The position numbers were made by a program, and so were the translations under genes. The notes under the pieces are model-generated. The model was given only the letters and a program-made list of their open reading frames with translations, had not been told where the DNA came from and made no database searches. A stretch of DNA of 63,740 bases, filler included, from Octopus bimaculoides (lineage: Eukaryota), in NCBI RefSeq assembly GCF_001194135.2. It is 6 parts of 5 records of this genome, joined end to end, with 100 filler letters (N's around TTAATTAATTAA, not from the genome) between each part and the next. Parts side by side here need not be neighbours in the genome. Positions count along the whole stretch, not along the records: positions 34,351 to 50,332 come from NC_068996.1; positions 50,433 to 56,967 come from NC_068986.1; positions 57,068 to 62,260 come from NW_026352204.1; 3 more parts are not named here. The stretch is one strand, 5' to 3'. Below, in pieces: positions 49,556 through 60,921 of this stretch (the first letter of the stretch is position 1; every line of letters begins with the position of its first letter).

Positions 49556-50273
49556 ATGTGTGTATGTACACACACACACACGCACACACACGTATATATA
49601 CATATACACAGTACTGGCTAAAATGTGTAGATGTATTCCATAACAGAGTATCACAGTATTAAACAAACAAATTCAAATTTGAGCCTTTGAAGGTACTGCT
49701 ACCTTGGTTATTTAGTCCACTTGAATTGTCCTAATATTTCTGTCCTTCATATCACATTCCACTGTCTTGAGAAATGGACAGACACATTGGACATTGTAGC
49801 CATCTACACTGTATGAAAAAGATGAATGTGAGATGGTTACAGCCAAACGTTTTTGGTCATTGTTGGGAGCTTATTGAGGCTTAACAACAACAAAAGCAAC
49901 AAGAATTAAATTAAGTGTTTTGCTATTAAATACAAGTAGCATAAATGCTACTTGTATTTAAATGCACTGGTTATAATTCTACCAAAATATAACCAGTGGG
50001 AATAGAGTTTAAAAAATGGCAGCAATAACTGATATTTACTATTGGTTCCAAATTTTGGCACAAGATGAGCAATTTTGAGGGAAGGGATATGTCAAGTACA
50101 TTGACTCCAGTGTTCATCTGGTACCTATTTTATCAACCCCAGGAGGATGAAAGACAGGTTGCAGCATCAAAACACCGAAAATATTTTGACAAAGTAAATT
50201 TAAACGTTGAAGTGAATCTAACGCTTTTTGTGTGTTTTTTAATGGCTTATAAAACACCTTTCACAATTTCTTA

Positions 50274-50332
<59 letters not shown>

Positions 50333-51214
50333 NNNNNNNNNNNNNNNNNNNNNNNNNNNNNNNNNNNNNNNNNNNNTTAATTAATTAANNNNNNNNNNNN
50401 NNNNNNNNNNNNNNNNNNNNNNNNNNNNNNNNATATATAAATGTATACATACATATATATGTGTGTGTATATACATATATGTGTGTGTGTGCGTGCTTAT
50501 ATATGTATATACATACATATATATATTAAAGCAGATAATGAACAAGCAAATCATTTGACTTCATTCTAGAACATTTAATTTATTATATAAACATAGTGCT
50601 GATTAATTATACTAAATATGTAAAGTCTCTTACAGTTGTTTCTAGAATAGCTTAGCATGTGGATCATATGTTATTGTGTAAAGAATTCCATGTAAGCTAA
50701 GTATTCTGTCATCTGAGATAGAGAAATAAGAAAATACAAAAATATTCAGGGTGAAAGATAGATGTGTTTGGTATTTCAATGATGGAAGAGTTAATAAAAC
50801 CAAGGTAAAAGATAATGTTAGTTAGCAGTCCCATAGGTAAAGTTTCAAGGAGAATCCCTGGCAAAGGATAATGGAAATTACTAGTTCCATCTTTGAATAA
50901 AAAGTGAATCAGATTTGAGTTGGAAGGCCTTGGAAGAATATATCATAGTGTGTGGGAGAGACAGGGAAATGTAAGAGAGTGGCTGGAGATTAGTTTGTAT
51001 AAATAAATGGAATACTCAATGCCAGGGCAGTGTACTTAGGGTAATTCAGGATAAACTCTATGCAAAAGACCTAGATTACTCTGCTATTCCCAAGGCATGG
51101 GAAGTGCTATCTTCCAGTTTCTTTCCTCCTACTTAGAAAAGCATAGTCAGAGCAGATCTATTCAATCTCACTAGTCTTGTTACTCTCATCCACCTTTTGT
51201 TAAACACAGTAGAT

Positions 51215-52327
51215 CAGGGGTTTTCAAACTGTGGTCCGTGGACAGCAAATACGTTTTATGGGCAATTTGATTTTATATGTTTTTTAATCGAAATCTTTTA
51301 ATTGACAATAAACCTATTTGTTAAATACTGTTAAATAAATAAATGTAAAGATATGTTATTTTAAGCTGCCAGTGCCCCTGGACTGGCTCATGTGTGGGCG
51401 ACACATGAAATCTTTCGAGCGGGATCGTTGCCAGTGCCCCTGGACTGGCTCATGTGCAGGCGAAACATGAAATCTTTCGAGCGGGATCATTGCCAGTGCC
51501 NNNNNNNNNNNNNNNNNNNNNNNNNNNNNNNNNNNNNNNNNNNNNNNNNNNNNNNNNNNNNNNNNNNNNNNNNNNNNNNNNNNNNNNNNNNNNNNNNNNN
51601 NNNNNNNNNNNNNNNNNNNNNNNNNNNNNNNNNNNNNNNNNNNNNNNNNNNNNNNNNNNNNNNNNNNNNNNNNNNNNNNNNNNNNNNNNNNNNNNNNNNN
51701 NNNNNNNNNNNNNNNNNNNNNNNNNNNNNNNNNNNNNNNNNNNNNNNNNNNNNNNNNNNNNNNNNNNNNNNNNNNNNNNNNNNNNNNNNNNNNNNNNNNN
51801 NNNNNNNNNNNNNNNNNNNNNNNNNNNNNNNNNNNNNNNNNNNNNNNNNNNNNNNNNNNNNNNNNNNNNNNNNNNNNNNNNNNNNNNNNNNNNNNNNNNN
51901 NNNNNNNNNNNNNNNNNNNNNNNNNNNNNNNNNNNNNNNNNNNNNNNNNNNNNNNNNNNNNNNNNNNNNNNNNNNNNNNNNNNNNNNNNNNNNNNNNCTC
52001 TTGTGCGGGTGGCACATGAAATGCACCATTTTGAGCATGGCCGTTGCCAGTGCTGCCTGACTGGCCTTCGTGCGGGTGACACGTAAAAGCACCCACTACA
52101 CTCTCTGAGTGGTTGGCGTTAGGAAGAGCATCCAGCTGTAGAAACTCTGCCAAATCAGATTGGAGCCTGGTGTAGCCATCTGGTTTCACCAGTCCTCAGT
52201 CAAATCGTCCAACCCATGCTAGCATGGAAAGCGGACGTTAAACGACGACGAAGAAGAAGAAGGGGGTCCCTAAGGTAAAGCCTGAAATATAAAGGGGTCC
52301 GCAAGTCAAAAAGTTTGAAAACCCCTG
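51215..52327. mobile_element. hAT/Charlie-type MITE split by an RTE 3' end
   Basis: Perfect 16-bp TIRs CAGGGGTTTTCAAACT; 8-bp TSD cagtagat/cactagat (7/8). Confidence 0.85.
51366..52259 (+). mobile_element. RTE 3' UTR copy with an internal 62-bp minisatellite
   Basis: Units start at 51368, 51430, 51492; after the gap it continues into the standard tail ...ggacgttaaacgacgacg. Confidence 0.85.
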
Positions 52328-52329
52328 CA

Positions 52330-52860
52330 CTAGATGACCGTACCTCCCTTTCTACCTTCACCATCTTCTTCAAATGATATTTGAAGGAAGTGGTGACAGC
52401 TTGGCCAGATAGGAAAGTGCTTGTCTTCAAACCTTTCAAATGAATCCATTGCACAGCCTCCTTTGCCAAAGCCTAGTGGTTGCTAAAAGAAGGTGGCATG
52501 TCAATCTCTATACACTTGGTGGACAGCTGGATTTGTCTTACATGAGACAGTAACTACTCAACACAAGCCCACGAGTCTCTAATGCACAGACGCTGAATGA
52601 TTGCATGCAGGATGGTTTCATCCCACTGCAAACATCTCAGGCAGGTTTGGCTTTTGGCACTTCCATGCCTGGAAAGCTTGTCTTGAACAGGCAATGACTC
52701 GTAGCATTACCATGCCAAAGATTTTTGAAAATTGTCCACGATCTTTGACATGAAGTCCTCCAGAATAGACCACTCAGACTGTTCTCATCGATGCTCAGAG
52801 TCAATCCTAGGCTATTGTTGCTCATACGCTCAACTAGCCCCGTGGAAGTAGATGACAGGA
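52330..52860 (-). mobile_element. L1/Tx1-clade LINE C-terminal fragment
   Basis: LAW*CYESLPVQDKLSRHG...TCLRCLQWDETILHA resembles the zf-RVT/CCHC region of L1/Tx1 ORF2. Confidence 0.6.
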
Positions 52861-52924
52861 ATAATATCTAATTATGTGTATGGCTTCACAGAAATGAATA
52901 ACAAACTGCGAGTAGAACAGAAGG

Positions 52925-53030
52925 AATCATCATCATCATCATCATCATCGTTTAACGTCCGCTTTCCATGCTAGCATGGGTTGGACGATTTGACTGAGAA
53001 CTGGTGAAACCAGATGGCTACACCAGGCTC
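52925..53030 (-). mobile_element. RTE 3' UTR fragment
   Basis: catcatcgtttaacgtccgctttccatgctagcatggg. Confidence 0.85.
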
Positions 53031-53119
53031 CGCAGGAGAAAAAACTGAGAGACAAAGGATTAACTTCAGATAGAAAGAATGCTGTTGAGCAACTGCAAGA
53101 AAAGACATACTAATCTGAA

Positions 53120-53970
53120 TATGGTCACAGAATCTCTTGTTCTTAGATTTTAGACAGTTTTGAGTTGGTACAGGTATCTGATAACATTTTAAATTTTATC
53201 AAGAGATCACTGGAGAACTGAACTATAGAGTTAACATCATGTGGAAATTTTTTAGCAAGGGTTAACATCAGCAGAGGCATATTTCAGGGAGACAGTCTGT
53301 TGCCATTGCTGTTTGTGATTTGTATGATACCCCTCATGCAGATATTATGGAAAGTGACATTGGGGTACATCTTGAAAAATGGAGAAAAGTTTAAATCACC
53401 TGTTATATATAGGTGACTTAAAGATCTTCAGTAAGAGTGAGAATGAAATAAATGGTCTGGTTTCAACACTACAGATATTCAGTAAGGATATCAAGATGGA
53501 GTTTGGGATTAAAAAGTATGGTACACTTATCATAAAAAAAAAGCAGAGTAGTGTCATCTGATGGTGTAGAACTACCCAACGGCAAGAGAATCGAGGATGT
53601 TGAGATTGATGGATATTAGTATCTGGATATTTTGGAGTATGACAAAATCAAGGAGAGCAAAATGAAAAAAAGTTTTAGGAGAACTAAATTAATTATGAAG
53701 AGTAGCTTCAATGGAAAGAACAAGACCAGGACAATGAATACATGGAATGTTTCTTTAATGCAATATGGTGCAGGTGCTGTTAGGTGAACAATGAATGAGC
53801 TTGAGGAAATGGATAGTAAAACCAGGAAAGTGATGACAATGAACAAGGAACTGCACCCTAAAAATGATATCGACAGAGTGTATGTGCTTAGATACAAGGA
53901 AGGAAGAGACCTCATAGGATACAAGATCTGTGTTGTCAATAAGGAAAATAGTCTGGAATGATATGTCAAA
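53120..53970 (+). mobile_element. R4/Dong-like LINE reverse-transcriptase fragment (pseudogenic)
   Basis: VNISRGIFQGDSLLPLLFV, LNHLLYIGDLKIF (YMDD-like motif decayed), MEFGIKK, HPKNDIDRVYVLRYKEGRDL. Confidence 0.85.
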
Positions 53971-54439
53971 CAACTGGCTGAACTCTTTGTCACAACACAA
54001 TACCTACAGAAAATATGATACACCCAAGAGCCTAGTGATAATTTTATTTTGGGTTTATTTATTCCCAATAAACATGCATTTTTCACTAATATTTCAAGAT
54101 TTAATATTATTTTTTATTATTTGCTTCAAAAGCTAACACCATTACAACCACATGAACCTTCAATCTCCCACCACTACTTACCTTATCACATGCACTATTG
54201 CAAGAGCTATCATCTGAGAACTTCATTATCTTTTAAAACCATTCTTATCACCCTTTAGCAACTCCTCCTCTTCTGGCTATCTAACAATCCTAGTCCACAG
54301 TCATGGTCAAAAATATAATGAGGCTAATTGGCTTTATACATATGATATTCCTCACTCCTTATCACTAAACTGTCGTCCCTTCCTCAATTAATTTTCCCTA
54401 TCCTTCTATATGTATATATGATGACTATGTGCGTGTGTA

Positions 54440-54475
<36 letters not shown>

Positions 54476-54727
54476 TGTGTTTGGATATATGAATGCACAA
54501 AGATATGTTTGTATCCATGCATCTGTATATGTCCATCCAGATATGTATGTATGTATGTATTATGTATTCATATATGCCTGTGTGCACATGTATGGGCATA
54601 TACCTCTGTATATACATGTATTTACTGGTACATGAGCACATATATAAATGTGTTAGTGCGTGTGTGTGTATTTGTAAAGCATTACTTGGTTCATAAAACA
54701 AATGGTTATTCCTTTGTCATCTCTTTA

Positions 54728-54766
<39 letters not shown>

Positions 54767-54779
54767 CATTATGTGTGTT

Positions 54780-54932
54780 GTTGGCGTTAGGAAGGGCATC
54801 CAGCTGTAGAAACTCTGCCAAATCAGACTGGAGCCTGGTGTTGCCATCCGGTTTCACCAGTCCTCAGTCAAATCGTCCAACCCATGCTAGCATGGAAAGC
54901 GGACGTTAAACGATGATGATGATGATGATGAT
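54780..54932 (+). mobile_element. RTE 3' UTR fragment
   Basis: Near-identical to 34420-34565. Confidence 0.85.
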
Positions 54933-55192
54933 GTGTGTGTTTATACATACACACCCTTAATCCTTATGTCAAACACTTCCTCACTACACAGACTAGTCTT
55001 TATCCACTCACATACATTTCCCACTCTAACACTCCTTCACACTATAATATACTCTTTCAGGGTCTTCCTACTCAAACCTGGGGATTGCCCAGGCAAAGAT
55101 ATAGAAAATATCATAGAAATTTCTGAAAATATATGTTAACACAACTTTTGCAAGGCGATCCAAAATTAGTTAAATTCAAAGTAAATTTGCAT

Positions 55193-55254
<62 letters not shown>

Positions 55255-55324
55255 GAGTGGCTGTGTGGTAAGTAGCTTGCTTACCAGCCACAAGAATCTT
55301 GCAAACCGAATATATATATATATA

Positions 55325-56967
55325 TCATCATCATCATCGTCGTCTGCTTTCCATGCTAGCATGGGTTGGCTGATTTGACTGAGGACTGGTGAACCAGATG
55401 GCTACACCAGGCTCCAATCTGATTTGGCAGAGTTTCTACAGCTGGATGCCCTTCCTAATGCCAACCACTCCAAGAGTGTAGTGGGAGCTTTTACGTGCCA
55501 CTGGCATGAAGGCCAGTCTGGTGGTACTGGCAACGACCACACTCAAAATGGTGTATTTTAGTGCCACCTGCACAGGAGCCAGTCCAGCAGCACTGGCAAC
55601 GATCTCACTCAAATGACTTTTCACGTACCAGGAACGCAATGCTGCGGCACAAGTGCCAGGAAGGCAGCGCTGGTAACAACCATGCTTGAACGGTGGTGCC
55701 ATCATGATTTCGCTTTCGCTTGGCCCAACAGGTCTTCACAAGCAGAGTTTAGTGTCCAATGAAGGAGACGTTGGCATGGGGGCCAGTCGTCGAATTTAGT
55801 TTGGTTTCAATTTCATTTGCCTCAACAGGTCTTCGCAAGTGGAGTTTAGTGTCCAATGAAGGAAAGGTACGCATAAGTGGGCTGGCTACATCCCTGGCAG
55901 AGGACTTGGATTTTGGTCTCACTTAGCTTGTCGGGTCTTCTCACACATAGCATATTTCCAAAAGTCTCAGTCACAAGTCATTGCCTCGGTGAGGCCTAAT
56001 GTTTGGAGGTTGTGCTTCACCACCTCATCCCAGGTCTTCCTGGGCCTACCTCTTCTACAGGTTCCTTCAACCGCTAGGGTGTGGCACATTTTCACACAGC
56101 TATCCTCATCCATTCTTGTCATGTTACCATACCAGCGCAATCGTCTTTCTTGCACAACTGATGCTTCTTAGGTTCGACTTTTCTCTCAAGGTACTTACAC
56201 TCTGTCAAGTATGCACACTGACATTACACATCCATCGGAGCATACTGGTTTCATTCCTTTTGGGCTCACGCATGTCCTCAGCAGTTACGGCCCATGTTTC
56301 ACTGCCATGTAGCATGGCTGTTCGTACACATGCATCATACAGTCTGCCTTTTACTCTGAGAGAGAGGCCCCTTGTCACCAGCAGAGGTAAGAGCTCTCTG
56401 AACTTTGCCCAGGCTATTCTTATTCTAGCAGCTACACTTTCAGCGCACCCTCCCCAACTACTAACTTGGTCACCTAGATAGCAGAAGCTATCAACTANNN
56501 NNNNNNNCTACGTCTAGTTTTTCTTCCTGGAATGTGATAGAAGTTGTTTTCTGCACATCTACAGTGTTTATTGCCCCTGAACATCTGCCACATACAAAAA
56601 CTAACTTCCTAGTTAACCTTCCTTTGATATTGCTGCAACTCTTATGTGTCCGTAGCTTGCACTGGGTAATATCTTATAGAGTTTCTACCTATGCCTTTTC
56701 TACAGATTGAGCAGGGCCATCTACCTGAAGGGGTTTGTGTTTTTTCTACCTTCCTACTTATTAGGACTTTGGTTTTAGCTAGGTTGGCTCTAAGGCCCTT
56801 CGATTCTAGTCCTTGCTTCCACACCTTAAACTTCTCCTCTAGTTCTGATAGTGACTCAGCAATTAGTGCAAGGTCATCAGCATAGAAGAGCTCCCAGGGG
56901 CAACCTGTCTTGAATTCCTCTGTGATCGCCTGGAGGACTATGATAAATAGGAGGGGGCTGAGGACGG
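55325..56967 (-). mobile_element. RTE-clade LINE: RT C-terminal half, ORF end (~55915) and complete 3' UTR; 5' part lost in a gap
   Basis: LSPLLFIIVLQ..WELFYADDLAL, a Cys/His-rich insert, FCYLG, ERRLRWYGNMTRMDE, GRPRKTW; the UTR ends in the (GAT)n tail shared by many short copies. Confidence 0.92.
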
Positions 56968-57249
56968 NNNNNNNNNNNNNNNNNNNNNNNNNNNNNNNNN
57001 NNNNNNNNNNNTTAATTAATTAANNNNNNNNNNNNNNNNNNNNNNNNNNNNNNNNNNNNNNNNNNNNCCCGGGACCATGTGGTTGGTAAGCTAGCTACTT
57101 ACCACACAGCCACTCCAAGGGCATTACTATACAAGAATGCCTCACGCTTTGAGAGCTCTAAGGTCAGACTACTATAAAAAAGCACATTTTTACCGAACGC
57201 GAGGAAATGCAACTCTCAAAGCCAACCCCTTAAAAACAGACTGAATTAT

Positions 57250-58036
57250 AGATCATGATTTCGTAGTTATTGTAGTATTATACAACCTCTACTCGTCAGT
57301 ATAATATGGTCAAGATACATATGAGTGGACTGATCTGGCAAAAATAAGTTGTACCTGTAATTACAAAAGGGCCAGTCTTATCACATTCTGTGCGACACTG
57401 AATCTCTCTGAGACCTGCGCAAGTCTGTGGAGTACTCAGCCACTTACGTGTTAATATCACGAGCAGGCTCTTCTATTGATCGGATCATCGGCAACACTCG
57501 TCGTCGTAACCGACGGAGGATTAAGATATTCGGCTGACGATCGTAAGATCATGAGTTCGATTCCTAGCCGCACGTTGTGTCCTTGAGCAAGACACTTTAT
57601 TTCACGTTGCTCCAGTCCACTCAGCTAGCAAAAATGAGTGGTACCTGTAATTAAAAGGGGCCAGCCTTGTCATATTTTGTCACGTTGAATCTCCCTGAGA
57701 ACTATGTTAAGGGTATACATGTCTGTGGAGTACTCAGCCACTTAAACGTTAATTTCACAAGCAAGTTTTCAGTTGATCGGATCAACCGAAGCACTTGTCG
57801 TAACCGAGGGTTGTGCTGTTGTTGTTATTTGTTCCTTCTCGAGCCATGCCTGGCTCATAAGGGGCCGGTTTCCCGGTTTCATTGGCGTATAGGTTCCCCA
57901 CCTGGACGGGACGCCGGTCCGTCGCAGGTGAGCTGCTAGATGCAGGAGAAAAGTGTGAGAGATAGTTGTGGCAAAAGAGTCAGCAGAAGTTTGCCATTAC
58001 CTTCTGCCGGCGCCGCTTGGAGGTCAGGTGTTTTCG
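57250..58036. mobile_element. Cluster of family C SINEs (two plus-strand, 57250-57815; one minus-strand, 57835-58036)
   Basis: B-box gagttcgattcc, CORE-like gtgtccttgagcaagacactttatttcacg, tails T1 and T2-like, module X. Confidence 0.8.
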
Positions 58037-58719
58037 CTCATAAACACACACATCGCNNNNNNNNNNNNNNNNNNNNNNNNNNNNNNNNNNNNNNNNNNNN
58101 NNNNNNNNNNNNNNNNNNNNNNNNNNNNNNNNNNNNNNNNNNNNNNNNNNNNNNNNNNNNNNNNNNNNNNNNNNNNNNNNNNNNNNNNNNNNNNNNNNNN
58201 NNNNNNNNNNNNNNNNNNNNNNNNNNNNNNNNNNNNNNNNNNNNNNNNNNNNNNNNNNNNNNNNNNNNNNNNNNNNNNNNNNNNNNNNNNNNNNNNNNNN
58301 NNNNNNNNNNNNNNNNNNNNNNNNNNNNNNNNNNNNNNNNNNNNNNNNNNNNNNNNNNNNNNNNNNNNNNNNNNNNNNNNNNNNNNNNNNNNNNNNNNNN
58401 NNNNNNNNNNNNNNNNNNNNNNNNNNNNNNNNNNNNNNNNNNNNNNNNNNNNNNNNNNNNNNNNNNNNNNNNNNNNNNNNNNNNNNNNNNNNNNNNNNNN
58501 NNNNNNNNNNNNNNNNNNNNNNNNNNNNNNNNNNNNNNNNNNNNNNNNNNNNNNNNNNNNNNNNNNNNNNNNNNNNNNNNNNNNNNNNNNNNNNNNNNNN
58601 NNNNNNNNNNNNNNNNNNNNNNNNNNNNNNNNNNNNNNNNNNNNNNNNNNNNNNNNGAGTCAATACATACAGAAGTGATGAGACGAGTCATCCTTGACAG
58701 ACCGAACGCAGAGACAGAC

Positions 58720-58792
<73 letters not shown>

Positions 58793-59269
58793 CATTTCTT
58801 TTATTAGCCACACAGGGCTCAACGTAAATGGGACAAATACACTGTAGAGCTTTTCTTTTTGGGAGGGGGAAGGAAAAGAAAAAAAGTAGGGGTGTGTCGA
58901 TCAAAAGGGATCGTAGGAATGGAAAAAAGGGGGGATTTCGATCAAAAGGGATCGAGAAAATAAAAAATAAAAAAGATAGATAGATACACAATGGGACTGA
59001 ACACGGGACCTCGTTGTCGGGAAGCAAGGTTCTTATCACCCAGCCACACTTGCCCACATGTATATACGTTTACTGCTTTCATTAGTCTACGCCCAAGCTG
59101 GTGCACTGCTTTCAAGTCTTTAACCAGTGATGTCAACCCTATCAAATTAGTTCCGTCTAGTGATTTTGTCGATACTTGTTTATTGAACCACTAAGTGTCA
59201 CGACATAACGAGACGTAACACGGACGACATCTGTTTGTTGATCGGTGCAAAATTAAACATGAACATAGG

Positions 59270-59896
59270 CATGTGTGTATGTATATGTGTGTAAGCCTGC
59301 GTGTGTGTGAGTGTGAGTGTGTGTATGTATGTCTGTGTGTGTGAGTCTGTATGTATGTGTGTGCGTGTGTGTGTAAGACTGTACATGTCGGTGTGTTTGA
59401 GTGTCTTAGTCTGCTTGAGTATGTGTATGTGTGTAAGTCTATATATGCGTGTCTGTATGTTGCGTGTGTGTGTGTGTGTGTGTTTTTCTGTTCCTTTGTG
59501 TGTGTGTGTGTGTGTGCGCGCTGTGTCTATGTGTGGCCGTCCGTGTGTGTGTATATGTGTGTATGCATGTATACGTGTGTGTGTGTGTGTATGTATACGT
59601 GCTTGTGTGTGTATATATATGTGTGTGCGTATGGATACGTAAGTGTGTGTATACGTGCATGTGTATATATGTATACGTGTGCGTGTGTATACGTGTGCGT
59701 GTGTATACGCGCATGTATGTGTGTGTATACGTGTGTGTGCATGTGTGTATATGTATACCTGTTTGTGCGTGTGTATGTTTACGTGTGTGCGTGTATACAT
59801 GTATGTGTGTGCATGTATACGTGTGTGCGCCTGTATATGTGTATGTGCGTGTATGTATATGTGTCGTCTGCGTGAGTGTGTGTATACGTGTATGTT

Positions 59897-59937
<41 letters not shown>

Positions 59938-60010
59938 GTGTGTGTATGTGTATGTATACGTGTGTGCACGTGTGTGTGTGCATGTGTATTTATGTGTGTG
60001 TGTGTGTGGG
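59270..60010. repeat. Complex (TG)/(TA)/ACGT-rich cryptic satellite
   Basis: Recurrent tatacgtgtg motif within an alternating purine-pyrimidine tract. Confidence 0.9.
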
Positions 60011-60356
60011 TTTGTTTGTCTGTCTGTGTTTATCTTAAAACTTAAAATTCTCGCATTAAAAAGAGGATTTAATTTTATGTTTACTTGTAAATATTGACAC
60101 CTGGAAGTCACGTGATGTGACATCGTTTCAGGCAAAAGACAGAGAGAGAGAGAGGGGGTGGAACGGCGGGAAGGAAGAGGCGGAGGAGGAGGTGATGAGG
60201 TGCAGGTCAACGTACGGCCATATTGAACGGAGACATCTTGAGTCGACGACAACAAGAACGAGAACAAGAAGCAACGCCATTTGCTAGACAATGCGGTAGC
60301 GCCTTCGTAGTAGCTAGACATGGTATAAATAGCAGCTAATCGTATTTTTACCACTT

Positions 60357-60406
<50 letters not shown>

Positions 60407-60595
60407 NNNNNNNNNNNNNNNNNNNNNNNNNNNNNNNNNNNNNNNGCGTGTGTGTACCTGTGTGTGTGTGCGCGCGCGCGAGTGTTTGTGTATGTGTGTG
60501 TGTGTGTGTGTGTTTGTGTGTCTATGTATGTATTTATGTATATGTATATGTTTGCATATACGTGTGCATGTACGTATATATGTATGTATTATATG

Positions 60596-60642
<47 letters not shown>

Positions 60643-60887
60643 CGATGTATGCATATATGTGTGTGTATATACACATATATATGTAGAGGTCATTCTTCGA
60701 AACGCCGGTGTTTTGATGGTGGCAGCTGATGAAGGAGATGTTTCTATGTGGCTTGCTTGTTTGTTGTACCTGTTTATCATTTTGTCCATGTTCTTTTGCC
60801 ACGTCATGTACCCAGTTATGTACCTATATGTACATGTAATGAAGGTATGTACATACATGTACATATATATGCATATACTCATATATT

Positions 60888-60921
<34 letters not shown>

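Noticed and set aside
50700-51150. Possible decayed CR1/L2-type RT on the minus strand (SKAF-like motif)
   Set aside because: Only one short motif amid many stops; insufficient to call.
59198-59983. His/Thr/Tyr-rich 261-aa ORF and overlapping Cys/Val-rich ORFs
   Set aside because: Translation of (CA)/(TG)-type satellite in multiple frames; no coding signal.
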